From the IMG/VR virus record IMGVR_UViG_3300025751_000129, positions 1-25,612 of that record: a stretch of DNA of 25,612 nucleotides; one strand, given 5' to 3'. The notes under the pieces are model-generated. The model made no database searches and was not told the origin of the DNA. It saw only the letters and a program-made list of their open reading frames with translations. The position numbers and the translations under genes are program-made. Positions 8,573-16,719 of the stretch are shown here, piece after piece (the stretch's first letter is position 1; every line of letters starts with the position of its first letter). Source of the stretch: a virus. Its lineage: Duplodnaviria; Caudoviricetes.

Positions 8573-9157
8573 TTACCCCCATTGATTAGCCATAGCTTCC
8601 GCTACGCCTTCAAAGGTAGTGCTTCTAATCTTCCATCTGTCAGCACTAGGTGGTAAGTAATGAATTCTCTGTTGTTGGTTCTTTGGAAGTTTGTCCATTA
8701 CTTCTTTTACGTTGTCAGTCTCAGTTAATGGCGGTAAGTTGTGCAACCAAAGGCCGGTTTTCTTTGACTCAGGATGTCCAAACATCCAAGGCTGAACATA
8801 CTGCGTAGGCTTAAAAGGTAAGACACCAACAGGATTTTCCATACAGACAAACTTAGCGTTTGCCTTTGCAGTCTCCCAAAGCTCTCTAGTCCACTCTATG
8901 GCCTTCAGTCTCTCGTTATGTTTTGGCATGCCTTGACCGTACCAAGCGTTACCAGAGACAGCTAAAGCTGTGCATGGCGGGTGCATTATGATAATGTCCC
9001 ATTGTTCTCGTTTCATTACTCCGATGCAGTCCTCTTGATAATGCTTTGATGAGTTATCATCTGCAGGTAATAGATCACATGACCACGCATCATGCCCTAA
9101 AGCTGCAAAGGCTTCTCTTACTCTCCCTGAATATTCACAAGCGACTAAGACTCTCAT
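8573..9157 (-). CDS. Phage DNA cytosine-C5 methyltransferase-like protein
   Basis: MRVLVACEYSG (motif I-like), WSCDL, catalytic HPPCT, ENPVG, KKTGLWL, RSTTFEGVAEAMANQW. Confidence 0.8.
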   Translation of the reverse strand: MRVLVACEYSGRVREAFAALGHDAWSCDLLPADDNSSKHYQEDCIGVMKREQWDIIIMHPPCTALAVSGNAWYGQGMPKHNERLKAIEWTRELWETAKANAKFVCMENPVGVLPFKPTQYVQPWMFGHPESKKTGLWLHNLPPLTETDNVKEVMDKLPKNQQQRIHYLPPSADRWKIRSTTFEGVAEAMANQWG

Positions 9158-9279
9158 TTCCTGGTTGCTCCTTTGGGTTTCCTGGTTCGCATCTCGTATG
9201 CCTTAAGTACCATTGACGTGATGCCAAAGCCCACCAAAAGGATCACAACGTCCCACCATGGTTGCCACTGTTCAAACAT
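9154..9279 (-). CDS. Small single-pass membrane protein (41 aa)
   Basis: Translated by hand: MFEQWQPWWDVVILLVGFGITSMVLKAYEMRTRKPKGATRK; ATGA overlap with the MTase start. Confidence 0.6.
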   Translation of the reverse strand: MFEQWQPWWDVVILLVGFGITSMVLKAYEMRTRKPKGATRK

Positions 9280-9493
9280 GATCTAGCGCTCCCATAGACT
9301 GTGCAAACTCTTTACGTGTATTGAAGTCCTCCAAAGCGTCTCCAGCGTCACTGTAGATCAACATGTTGCCCACGTAGTCACCATCTTGTCTCCAGACTAT
9401 GTGAGCATTGTTTATGCCTGAGTAGCCGCAGAATACTTTAGTTTTACCTTGGTTCATGTCAAAGCTTGTAAAGCAGTCAATAGTGTCCTTCAT
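9272..9493 (-). CDS. Hypothetical early protein
   Basis: 73 aa; ATGA overlap; GAGGAG SD. Confidence 0.65.
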   Translation of the reverse strand: MKDTIDCFTSFDMNQGKTKVFCGYSGINNAHIVWRQDGDYVGNMLIYSDAGDALEDFNTRKEFAQSMGALDHV

Positions 9494-9726
9494 GATACTA
9501 GCTCCTCTAGTTGTGACTGCGGCACTTCCTGAGCTTCAGCACCGTTTAGCCACTGGTTAATGTGTTTGGTAGTGGTAACGCTAAACTTCTGGTTTGTGCG
9601 TATGTAGCCTCTGTTTGGTAGCCATGCTGCCACTGGTGTCTCATAGCTGAACAACACGTCCATCTTGCCAGTATGAAGGTCGAAGGTGACTTGTGTCTTG
9701 TTGCTGCCTAGTTGCTTAAGTTTCAT
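9490..9726 (-). CDS. Conserved phage early protein (LFSYETPVAA..SVTTTKHIN family)
   Basis: Motif recalled from many phage early regions; GAGGG SD. Confidence 0.7.
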   Translation of the reverse strand: MKLKQLGSNKTQVTFDLHTGKMDVLFSYETPVAAWLPNRGYIRTNQKFSVTTTKHINQWLNGAEAQEVPQSQLEELVS

Positions 9727-9729
9727 TGG

Positions 9730-9903
9730 TTAGCCCTCTAATTCAATTAGTTTATCTACCAGTTTTTGATCTAGTGTCTGATACTGAATGACTGTAAACA
9801 AGCCATTGTTGTAAATCCTTTCAAAACTTTTGTCTAGCCTTTTAAGTTCCTTCAGTGTTTTAGCTTTGTTTAGTTTGTACAACGCCGCTTGATAAGTTGT
9901 CAT
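9730..9903 (-). CDS. Hypothetical early protein (57 aa)
   Basis: Translated by hand: MTTYQAALYKLNKAKTLKELKRLDKSFERIYNNGLF; fills the gap exactly; GAGG SD. Confidence 0.6.
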   Translation of the reverse strand: MTTYQAALYKLNKAKTLKELKRLDKSFERIYNNGLFTVIQYQTLDQKLVDKLIELEG

Positions 9904-9908
9904 TGTGT

Positions 9909-10157
9909 TTATTCCTCGTTTACGTTGGCTGTTATTTCGTCAAAGTTAACCGATAACATCCAGTCGGTAACGATGTCACCTAATAGTGAGCCTTGTCCAG
10001 TGTGCTCGTGTAGCAGTTCCTCAAGGAATGACTCTAGCCGTTCCGGTGTTACTGCTTCCCGATCTTCTCTAAACATCTCAAAGATGCCGTCGTTGTCAAG
10101 CCATAGGTTAGCCTGCCATGTCTCTCTGTTTGTCCATCCGTTGTATGTTGTAGTCAT
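9909..10157 (-). CDS. First early gene, YNGWTNRETW family protein
   Basis: MTTTYNGWTNRETWQANLWLDND; GGAG SD before ATG 10157. Confidence 0.7.
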   Translation of the reverse strand: MTTTYNGWTNRETWQANLWLDNDGIFEMFREDREAVTPERLESFLEELLHEHTGQGSLLGDIVTDWMLSVNFDEITANVNEE

Positions 10158-10191
10158 GTTGTGTTGCTCCGTCTTTGTTGCTGTTGACTTC

Positions 10192-10220
10192 ATTAGGCCG
10201 CATTTGATGACCCGTGTCAA
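10192..10220 (-). promoter_or_regulatory. Putative sigma70 early promoter
   Basis: TTGACA-N17-CCTAAT with an AT-rich upstream tract; the -10 is weak. Confidence 0.4.
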
Positions 10221-10341
10221 CTGTAAATATTTCACATGTTTGGACTATTGACAACACCAGGTGAATCATATAGTCGCGTACGTGCGTGATATAAAGGTAG
10301 CTCCAAAGGGTCCAACATAAGCTCACACACTTGTCAACCCA

Positions 10342-10358
10342 TGCAAACACCATGCCAA
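10342..10358 (-). promoter_or_regulatory. sigma54 (-24/-12) consensus site 1
   Basis: Minus strand TTGGCATGGTGTTTGCA versus consensus YTGGCACGNNNNTTGCW; exact GG-N10-GC spacing. Confidence 0.7.
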
Positions 10359-10389
10359 GTTTCCCGTGTTGGTCTTATGGTGCACCTCG

Positions 10390-10406
10390 TGCAAGAACCA
10401 TGCCAA
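10390..10406 (-). promoter_or_regulatory. sigma54 (-24/-12) consensus site 2
   Basis: Minus strand TTGGCATGGTTCTTGCA; exact GG-N10-GC spacing; 48 bp from site 1. Confidence 0.7.
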
Positions 10407-10457
10407 CTCCAGTGGCTAACACGAGTTGCAACCCATGTCAACTGTGTAAATTACCAC

Positions 10458-10486
10458 TTGACTTCTTCGGTTTCCTGGTGTAAATT
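10458..10486 (+). promoter_or_regulatory. Putative sigma70 promoter, rightward
   Basis: TTGACT-N17-TAAATT. Confidence 0.45.
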
Positions 10487-10642
10487 CAAGGGGGGAGCCC
10501 GTGTTGCCGCTGTATAACTATAGTTGTAGCCACCTAAGCACAAAATAAGCCAAAATTAGAAAAAATAACGGTAATTACTACTCATGTAACCTATTGTTTT
10601 CACTAGTAAAACTACTACTTTGTAAAATAACTAAAAAATAAC

Positions 10643-10671
10643 TTGACTTTTGTGTAAACTTGTGTTATACT
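10643..10671 (+). promoter_or_regulatory. sigma70 promoter for the packaging operon
   Basis: TTGACT-N17-TATACT, TGn extended -10, A-tract UP-like element, 28 nt before the terS ATG. Confidence 0.75.
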
Positions 10672-10699
10672 ATAGTTGTAATTAGGGATAATTTTAATC

Positions 10700-11083
10700 A
10701 TGACTCAAGAAATAAAAAAAAGAGGTCGTGGTAGACCCCGAAAGTCAGAAGTAGCTGCTGTTAAGCCAGGTAACAAAGGCAAAGTAGGCCGACCAAAGGG
10801 TGACGCAGCGATAATCAATGAATACAAAGCACGTATGTTGGCGTCACCTAAGTCACGACTGGTGTTGGAGACTATTTTTGATGCTGCTTTGGACAACGAC
10901 CATAAGAATCAGGCTGCAGCTTGGAAGTTAATTATGGACCGTATGTTGCCTGTAGGTGCTTTTGAAAAAGACGTAGTAAAGGACACTGGTAGAAACGCTA
11001 TTCAGATCAACATTAGTGGCGTTGGTACTGCTGAGGTCTCAACACCTGACATTATTGAAGGAGAAGTAGAAGATGTCTCTTAA
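10700..11083 (+). CDS. terS: Terminase small subunit (putative)
   Basis: First late gene; KKRGRGRPRK and GRPKG basic N-terminus; AAWKLIMDRMLP; IQINISG tail. Confidence 0.7.
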   Translation: MTQEIKKRGRGRPRKSEVAAVKPGNKGKVGRPKGDAAIINEYKARMLASPKSRLVLETIFDAALDNDHKNQAAAWKLIMDRMLPVGAFEKDVVKDTGRNAIQINISGVGTAEVSTPDIIEGEVEDVS

Positions 11084-11423
11084 GTACTTCACACGAGAAG
11101 AGTTTGACTGTCAGGTTACAGGCACCAACAACATGGAACGAGAGTTTTTAGAAAAGTTAGACGAGTTACGTGAGGCATGTGGTTTTCCTTTTGAAGTCAC
11201 GAGTGGCTATAGGCATCCAACCAAGCATCCTATAGAGGCTAAGAAAGACGTACCTGGTACTCACGCACAAGGCATCGCGGCAGACATAAAAATAACAAAT
11301 GCCGCTGATCGCCTTACGATTGTAACCAAAGCCATTGAGCTTAAGTTTACTGGCATTGGTATTGACAAGGGTTTTGTACACGTAGACACACGCGGTACAT
11401 CACCTGTTATGTGGACTTACTAA
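11073..11423 (+). CDS. Peptidase M15A family Zn peptidase (putative endolysin)
   Basis: YFTREEFDC, VTSGYR, H..G.AADI, GIG, FVHVDTR. Confidence 0.88.
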   Translation: MSLKYFTREEFDCQVTGTNNMEREFLEKLDELREACGFPFEVTSGYRHPTKHPIEAKKDVPGTHAQGIAADIKITNAADRLTIVTKAIELKFTGIGIDKGFVHVDTRGTSPVMWTY

Positions 11424-11785
11424 TGCTTCATACAAAACACATTACGTTATCAGACGCTACTGAGCAGACACTGTTCACTATACCATCCGGTTACACGATA
11501 CATATTGTGTATATCTTTATTGCTAACCACGGTGGCAGTACAAATCAAATAAGTCTTTGGTGGGAGACAGGCGGTGTAGACCAAATGTACTTCTTTGACG
11601 GCACTAGCATTGGTGCAGGCAACAAAGAAATCATAGGCGGTCAAAACGACAACGGTATTTTTGTACTACATAACGGAGACACTGTAAAAACTCAAGCGTC
11701 TTCGTCAACAGGGCAAATGGAAGTAGCAGTTACCTTTCAGTTACTAGAAAGACCAGCAGCGTTTAGTAATTTTAATGGATCTTAA
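11423..11785 (+). CDS. Small beta-rich hypothetical protein, possibly virion-associated
   Basis: TAATG coupling to the M15 gene; TLFTIPSG..IFIAN..LHNGDTVK pattern. Confidence 0.65.
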   Translation: MLHTKHITLSDATEQTLFTIPSGYTIHIVYIFIANHGGSTNQISLWWETGGVDQMYFFDGTSIGAGNKEIIGGQNDNGIFVLHNGDTVKTQASSSTGQMEVAVTFQLLERPAAFSNFNGS

Positions 11786-13025
11786 TATAGAACTACTGCC
11801 TTGGCAACAGGAAGTCTGGGCAGATGAAACAAGATTTAAAATAGTAGCTGCTGGGCGACGTACAGGTAAGTCTAGGTTAGCAGCATGGATGTTAATAGTT
11901 AATGCACTACAGGCGGACAGAGGCCATGTATTTTACGTCGCACCTACTCAAGGACAAGCCAGAGACATCATGTGGCAAACCCTGCTTGAACTGGGGCATC
12001 CTGTTATTAGCGGTAGTCACATTAATAATCTTCAAATTAAGCTTGTCAACGGTGCTACCATTAGCCTAAAAGGTGCTGATAGACCAGAGACAATGCGAGG
12101 TGTCAGCCTCAAGTTCCTAGTGATGGACGAGTACGCAGACATGAAACCTGACGTATTTGAACAAATCTTGAGACCTGCTTTGGCTGACCAAAAGGGCTGT
12201 GCGATGTTCATAGGGACACCTATGGGTCGCAACCATTTTTATGAGTTGTACAAATATGCGGAGTTAGACGATGATCCGACGTACAAAGCTTGGCACTTTA
12301 CTTCTTATGACAATCCATTATTGGATGCGGACGAAATTGATGTTGCTAAACGCTCTATGTCGTCTTATGCGTTTCGTCAGGAATTTATGGCGTCGTTTGA
12401 AGCGCGTGGGTCAGAAATGTTTAAGGAAGACTGGGTACGCTTTAGTGAGGATAAGCCGGAAATAGGAGATTACTACATTGCCGTTGACTTGGCAGGTTTT
12501 GAAGAAGTCAATAAAAAACGAACAAAGAATTCTAAACTTGACGAAACTGCCATTGCCGTCGTTAAAGTTAGTGAGCATGGTTGGTTTGTTGACAATATCA
12601 TATATGGACGATGGAGTCTTGACGAAACGGCTACCAAAATCTTTCAGGCCGTTAGAGATTATCGTCCCATATCGGTTGGAATCGAAAGAGGTATTGCTAA
12701 GCAAGCTGTAATGTCTCCTTTAGTGGACTTACAAAAGAAGTACGGTACGTTTTTTAGAGTAGAAGAACTGACACACGGTAATAAAAAGAAAACAGACAGA
12801 GTTATGTGGGCGTTACAAGGTAGGTTTGAAAACGGCTACATTACGTTAAATAAAGGTGAATGGAACGCTAGATTTCTTGACCAGCTGTTTCAGTTCCCTG
12901 ATCCATTAACTCACGATGACTTGGTTGACGCTTTAGCTTACATCGACCAGCTGGCTAATGTGGCGTACGACTATACGTACGAGATTGAAGACCACGAAAT
13001 CTTAGACGTAGTAGCAGGATACTAA
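11775..13025 (+). CDS. terL: Terminase large subunit
   Basis: Walker A AGRRTGKS, YVAPT, Walker B LVMDE, IGTP, nuclease AVDLA and HDDLVDAL. Confidence 0.95.
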   Translation: MDLNIELLPWQQEVWADETRFKIVAAGRRTGKSRLAAWMLIVNALQADRGHVFYVAPTQGQARDIMWQTLLELGHPVISGSHINNLQIKLVNGATISLKGADRPETMRGVSLKFLVMDEYADMKPDVFEQILRPALADQKGCAMFIGTPMGRNHFYELYKYAELDDDPTYKAWHFTSYDNPLLDADEIDVAKRSMSSYAFRQEFMASFEARGSEMFKEDWVRFSEDKPEIGDYYIAVDLAGFEEVNKKRTKNSKLDETAIAVVKVSEHGWFVDNIIYGRWSLDETATKIFQAVRDYRPISVGIERGIAKQAVMSPLVDLQKKYGTFFRVEELTHGNKKKTDRVMWALQGRFENGYITLNKGEWNARFLDQLFQFPDPLTHDDLVDALAYIDQLANVAYDYTYEIEDHEILDVVAGY

Positions 13026-13026
13026 T

Positions 13027-15066
13027 ATGAGTGAACTATACGAACAAGACCCACTGATGATCCAAGAGTCTCTTGAGGACTGGGTCATGACTAAATGCGA
13101 AGACTGGAGAGACCACTACGAAAGCAACTATGAAAGTAAATTTGAAGAATATTATCGACTCTGGCGTGGTCAATGGGATCCTGCTGACAGCCAGCGTGGG
13201 TCTGAGCGTTCCCGTATTATTTCTCCTGCACTTCAGCAAGCAGTTGAGTCTAATGTAGCAGAACTAGAAGAAGCCACCTTCGGACGTGGTAAGTGGTTTG
13301 ACGTTAGTGACAACCTTGGTGACACCCAAAGACAAGACGTGCAGTTCCTACGTAACAAGCTTACGGAAGACTTTGAAAACTGCATGGTACGTAAGGCTGT
13401 CGCAGAGTGTCTAATTAACTCAGCAGTCTTTGGTACAGGCATTGGTGAGATTGTTATTGAAGAAATGAAGGAAATGGTTCCTGCTACTGAGCCTATTATG
13501 GAAGGACAGTTGCAGGCAGTTGGTGTCAACATTACTGACCGTGTAGTTGTTAAGCTTAAGCCAGTAATGCCTCAGAACTTCCTGATTGATCCAGTAGCAA
13601 CCAATGTTGAAGACGCTATGGGTGTAGCTATTGATGAGTTTGTTAGTAAACACCAAGTGGAACTTCTACAGGAACAAGGCGTGTACCGTGACGTGTACGT
13701 AGGTTCCGCTGCTCCCGATACTGATTTGGAACCTGACCAAGACTTAACTATTTACAACGACGACAAGGTACGTTTAACTAAGTACTACGGTTTAGTGCCA
13801 CGAGAGCTTCTAGATTCCGCTGTAAGCGACGAAGACGAAGAAGTGGTAGGAGAGGTAGACGCTGAGTCACGTTACGTAGAGGCCGTTGTAGTGGTTGCTA
13901 ACGGCGGTATACTTTTGAAGGCAGAGGCTAACCCTTACATGATGTCTGATCGTCCTGTAGTAGCTTTTCCTTGGGACGTAGTACCAGGTCGCTTTTGGGG
14001 TCGTGGTGTTTGTGAAAAAGGTTACAACAGTCAGAAAGCCTTGGACACAGAACTACGCGCACGTATTGACGCACTAAGCCTTACTATTCACCCGATGATG
14101 GCTATAGACGCTACTCGTTTACCACGCGGTGCAAAACCAGAAGTACGTCCTGGTAAAATGATTCTGACTAACGGAGATCCGCGTGAAGTACTCCAGCCAT
14201 TCAACTTTGGTCAAGTTAATCAAATCACTTTTGCTCAAGCCGGAGCATTGCAGCAAATGGTACAGCAGGCAACAGGAGCCGTTGACTCAGCAGGAATTGC
14301 AGGTCAGGTTAATGGCGAGGCTACTGCCGCTGGTATTAGTATGTCTCTTGGCGCTATTATTAAGCGTCATAAGCGCACACTAATTAACTTCCAGCAGTCT
14401 TTCCTAATTCCATTTGTTAAGAAAGCTGCACATCGGTACATGCAGTTTGACCCAGAAAACTACCCTGTTGCTGACTACAAGTTTAATGCAAGCAGTACAT
14501 TAGGAATTATTGCTCGTGAATACGAAGTTACTCAGCTTGTACAGTTGTTGCAGACTATGGGTCAGGACTCACCATTGTACAGTACACTAATACAGTCAGT
14601 TATTGACAACATGAACTTGTCTAACCGTGAAGAGCTTATTGCAGCTATGCAGCAAGCAATGCAGCCTAATCCTCAAGCACAACAGATGCAAATGGAGGCT
14701 CAGCAAGCGCAGATGGCATTCCAGCAGTCACAAACTGCAGCACTATCTGCTCAGGCTCAAGAGTCACAGGCTAGAGCCGCTAAGTTGGCTGCAGAAGCTC
14801 AAGCAGTACCTCAAGAGCTTGAAATTGACAAGATTAACGCTATTACCCGTAACCTGCGTGAAGGTGACCAAGAGGACAAAGAGTTTGAACGTCGTCTAAA
14901 AGTTGCTGAAACGCTTATCAAAGAAAAAGCAATAGACCAAAAAGGACAATCTAATGCTAATAACGCAACGCGAAATGCAAATCCTCCTAGACCAGATCAA
15001 CAACAACTTCAAAGGCCAGTTCGACCGACTGGACCTACTGGAGCGCCAAATAGAGGAGTTGAGTAA
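13027..15066 (+). CDS. Portal protein (P22-like, with Gln-rich coiled-coil C-terminus)
   Basis: 679 aa directly after terL; GRFWGRGV..SQKALD, TAAGISM; long Q/A-rich tail. Confidence 0.88.
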   Translation: MSELYEQDPLMIQESLEDWVMTKCEDWRDHYESNYESKFEEYYRLWRGQWDPADSQRGSERSRIISPALQQAVESNVAELEEATFGRGKWFDVSDNLGDTQRQDVQFLRNKLTEDFENCMVRKAVAECLINSAVFGTGIGEIVIEEMKEMVPATEPIMEGQLQAVGVNITDRVVVKLKPVMPQNFLIDPVATNVEDAMGVAIDEFVSKHQVELLQEQGVYRDVYVGSAAPDTDLEPDQDLTIYNDDKVRLTKYYGLVPRELLDSAVSDEDEEVVGEVDAESRYVEAVVVVANGGILLKAEANPYMMSDRPVVAFPWDVVPGRFWGRGVCEKGYNSQKALDTELRARIDALSLTIHPMMAIDATRLPRGAKPEVRPGKMILTNGDPREVLQPFNFGQVNQITFAQAGALQQMVQQATGAVDSAGIAGQVNGEATAAGISMSLGAIIKRHKRTLINFQQSFLIPFVKKAAHRYMQFDPENYPVADYKFNASSTLGIIAREYEVTQLVQLLQTMGQDSPLYSTLIQSVIDNMNLSNREELIAAMQQAMQPNPQAQQMQMEAQQAQMAFQQSQTAALSAQAQESQARAAKLAAEAQAVPQELEIDKINAITRNLREGDQEDKEFERRLKVAETLIKEKAIDQKGQSNANNATRNANPPRPDQQQLQRPVRPTGPTGAPNRGVE

Positions 15067-15139
15067 TGCCCTCAAAGAAAGACCCAAGACTAGCACGAGC
15101 GGGCGTAAGCGGGTACAACAAACCAAAGAGAACAACTAG
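14954..15139 (+). CDS. Small coiled-coil protein overlapping the portal tail and the next gene
   Basis: AAGGA SD; MLITQREMQILLDQINNNFKGQFDRLDLLERQIEELS heptad pattern. Confidence 0.6.
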   Translation: MLITQREMQILLDQINNNFKGQFDRLDLLERQIEELSNALKERPKTSTSGRKRVQQTKENN

Positions 15140-15378
15140 CACGAGCGGGCGTAAGCGGGTTCAACAAACCAAAGAGAACACCTAATCACCCTACTAAGAA
15201 GTTTGTAGTAGTAGCCAAACAAGGCGATAAGACTAAGACCATACGTTTTGGTGACGCTAAGATGACTATCAAAAAAGACCAGCCAGCGCGACGTAAGTCG
15301 TTCAGAGCGCGTCACAAGTGTGACACAAACCCGCCCAGTAAACTAACAGCTAGATACTGGTCATGTAAAAAATGGTAA
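15066..15378 (+). CDS. Small basic protein (88 aa once repaired), frameshifted by a 46-bp duplication
   Basis: GAGGAG SD. With one repeat copy removed: MPSKKDPRLARAGVSG(Y/F)NKPKRTPNHPTKKFVVVAKQGDKTKTIRFGDAKMTIKKDQPARRKSFRARHKCDTNPPSKLTARYWSCKKW. Confidence 0.75.
15089..15180. repeat. 46-bp tandem duplication, one A/T mismatch
   Basis: 15089-15134 versus 15135-15180 (GGGTACAAC versus GGGTTCAAC). Confidence 0.95.
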
Positions 15379-15382
15379 TACT

Positions 15383-15643
15383 ATGGCTAAAGGTGTAAAA
15401 CATTATAAGCGTGACGGCACTGAATATACAGGCGGTACGCACAAGATGCCTGATGGGTCGTTACACTCAGGTAAAACTCACGGAAAGACATCTGTAAAAC
15501 TTTTCCATTTTGAAGACCTGTCTAAGACAGCAAAGGAGAAAGCTATGCCTGGTTACGGAATGAAAACAACAAAGCCTAAAAAGAAAGTTGCTTTACCAAA
15601 ACGCGGTCAACGAACAGCAACTAACAGAAAGAAAAAGAAGTAA
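15383..15643 (+). CDS. Small basic His/Lys-rich protein
   Basis: HKMPDGSLHSGKTH; possible internal start at 15545 (AAGGAG SD, MPGYGMK). Confidence 0.75.
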   Translation: MAKGVKHYKRDGTEYTGGTHKMPDGSLHSGKTHGKTSVKLFHFEDLSKTAKEKAMPGYGMKTTKPKKKVALPKRGQRTATNRKKKK

Positions 15644-15648
15644 CGGCT

Positions 15649-15810
15649 ATGCCAAAAGCAAAAACTAAAAAGGCAAACGACGCTTGTGCGCGTAAGGTCA
15701 AGTCCAGATATAAAGTCTGGCCTTCCGCGTACGCTTCTGGTGCTGTAGCCAAATGCCGTAAGGTAGGTGCTAAAAACTGGGGTAACAAAAGTGGCCGTAA
15801 GAAAAAGTAA
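15649..15810 (+). CDS. Small basic protein (53 aa), KVWPSAYASG motif
   Basis: Translated by hand: MPKAKTKKANDACARKVKSRYKVWPSAYASGAVAKCRKVGAKNWGNKSGRKKK. Confidence 0.75.
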   Translation: MPKAKTKKANDACARKVKSRYKVWPSAYASGAVAKCRKVGAKNWGNKSGRKKK

Positions 15811-16045
15811 AGAGGGTGCAGCCCTTAAGAAATGGTTTAAAGAAGACTGGGTGGACGTTAAAACGGGTAAGCCTTGTGGTCGTAAGTCAGCTACCAAGAG
15901 TAAACGTCCTTACCCTTCTTGTCGACCTAAAGCTGTTGCAGCTAAGATGACCAAAGCTGAGAAGGCTTCTTCTGCGCGACGAAAAACCGGACCTGCTAAA
16001 ATAAAACACGCAGTTACAGCTTCAGGGAGACGTAGAAAAAAGTGA
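15791..16045 (+). CDS. Small basic protein, LKKWFKEDWVD..CGR..YPSCRP motif (DUF5872-like, from memory)
   Basis: Motif in the ORF track translation; GTG 15791 is the likely start. Confidence 0.7.
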   Translation: MAVRKSKEGAALKKWFKEDWVDVKTGKPCGRKSATKSKRPYPSCRPKAVAAKMTKAEKASSARRKTGPAKIKHAVTASGRRRKK

Positions 16046-16719
16046 GTTATGAAACTAAAGTAAAGCAAGCTTTAGATATATGTTTAAACAAAAACTACTT
16101 CAAGGGGAACGACAAAGAAACAGCCATAGTAATGTACTCAGGTGGTATGGACAGTGTGTCATTACTATGGAACCTTTTGGAACACACAGAACAAGACATA
16201 CACGTACACTCAATACATATTGATAACTCTGAAGGCCGTGTCAAAGCAGAAGCAAAAGCCATAGAGAACACGATCAACTACATGAGGAAGAACCAAAGAC
16301 CCTTTGAGTTTTCTTCCTCAGTGTACTCTTGGAAAGCTAAGTATCCAGGTGGTAAAGACATGGTGCTTGCACTATTCCAAGCTATGAGGGTTGCTTCTGG
16401 TTTAGGTAAAACATTTAACATTGTTTATACAGGTGACTACAACATCTTTAGGGACGAAGGTGCTGAAGCACAAGGTGTGTTAAACGCACTATGCACTACA
16501 CGTCGTGTTAAGCCTATTTGGTTAGCACCTTTTGAACACATGACGTACAACTCTGTAGAACGTAGCAAAGGTATCTACTTAAGTATGCCTGAAGAGCTAC
16601 GTGAGATGTACTGGTCCTGTAGACATCCTACAGATGCTCTTGATGGTTTTATTGTGTGTGGTGACTGCCATGCTTGTGATCGTCAAAAAGCAATGCAAGA
16701 AAGTCTAAAAAAGACTTGA
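16042..16719 (+). CDS. Divergent QueC-like PP-loop adenylating enzyme
   Basis: PP-loop YSGGMDS; C-terminal Zn site WSC-x12-CGDCHAC; GTGA overlap with the preceding gene. Confidence 0.82.
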   Translation: MSYETKVKQALDICLNKNYFKGNDKETAIVMYSGGMDSVSLLWNLLEHTEQDIHVHSIHIDNSEGRVKAEAKAIENTINYMRKNQRPFEFSSSVYSWKAKYPGGKDMVLALFQAMRVASGLGKTFNIVYTGDYNIFRDEGAEAQGVLNALCTTRRVKPIWLAPFEHMTYNSVERSKGIYLSMPEELREMYWSCRHPTDALDGFIVCGDCHACDRQKAMQESLKKT

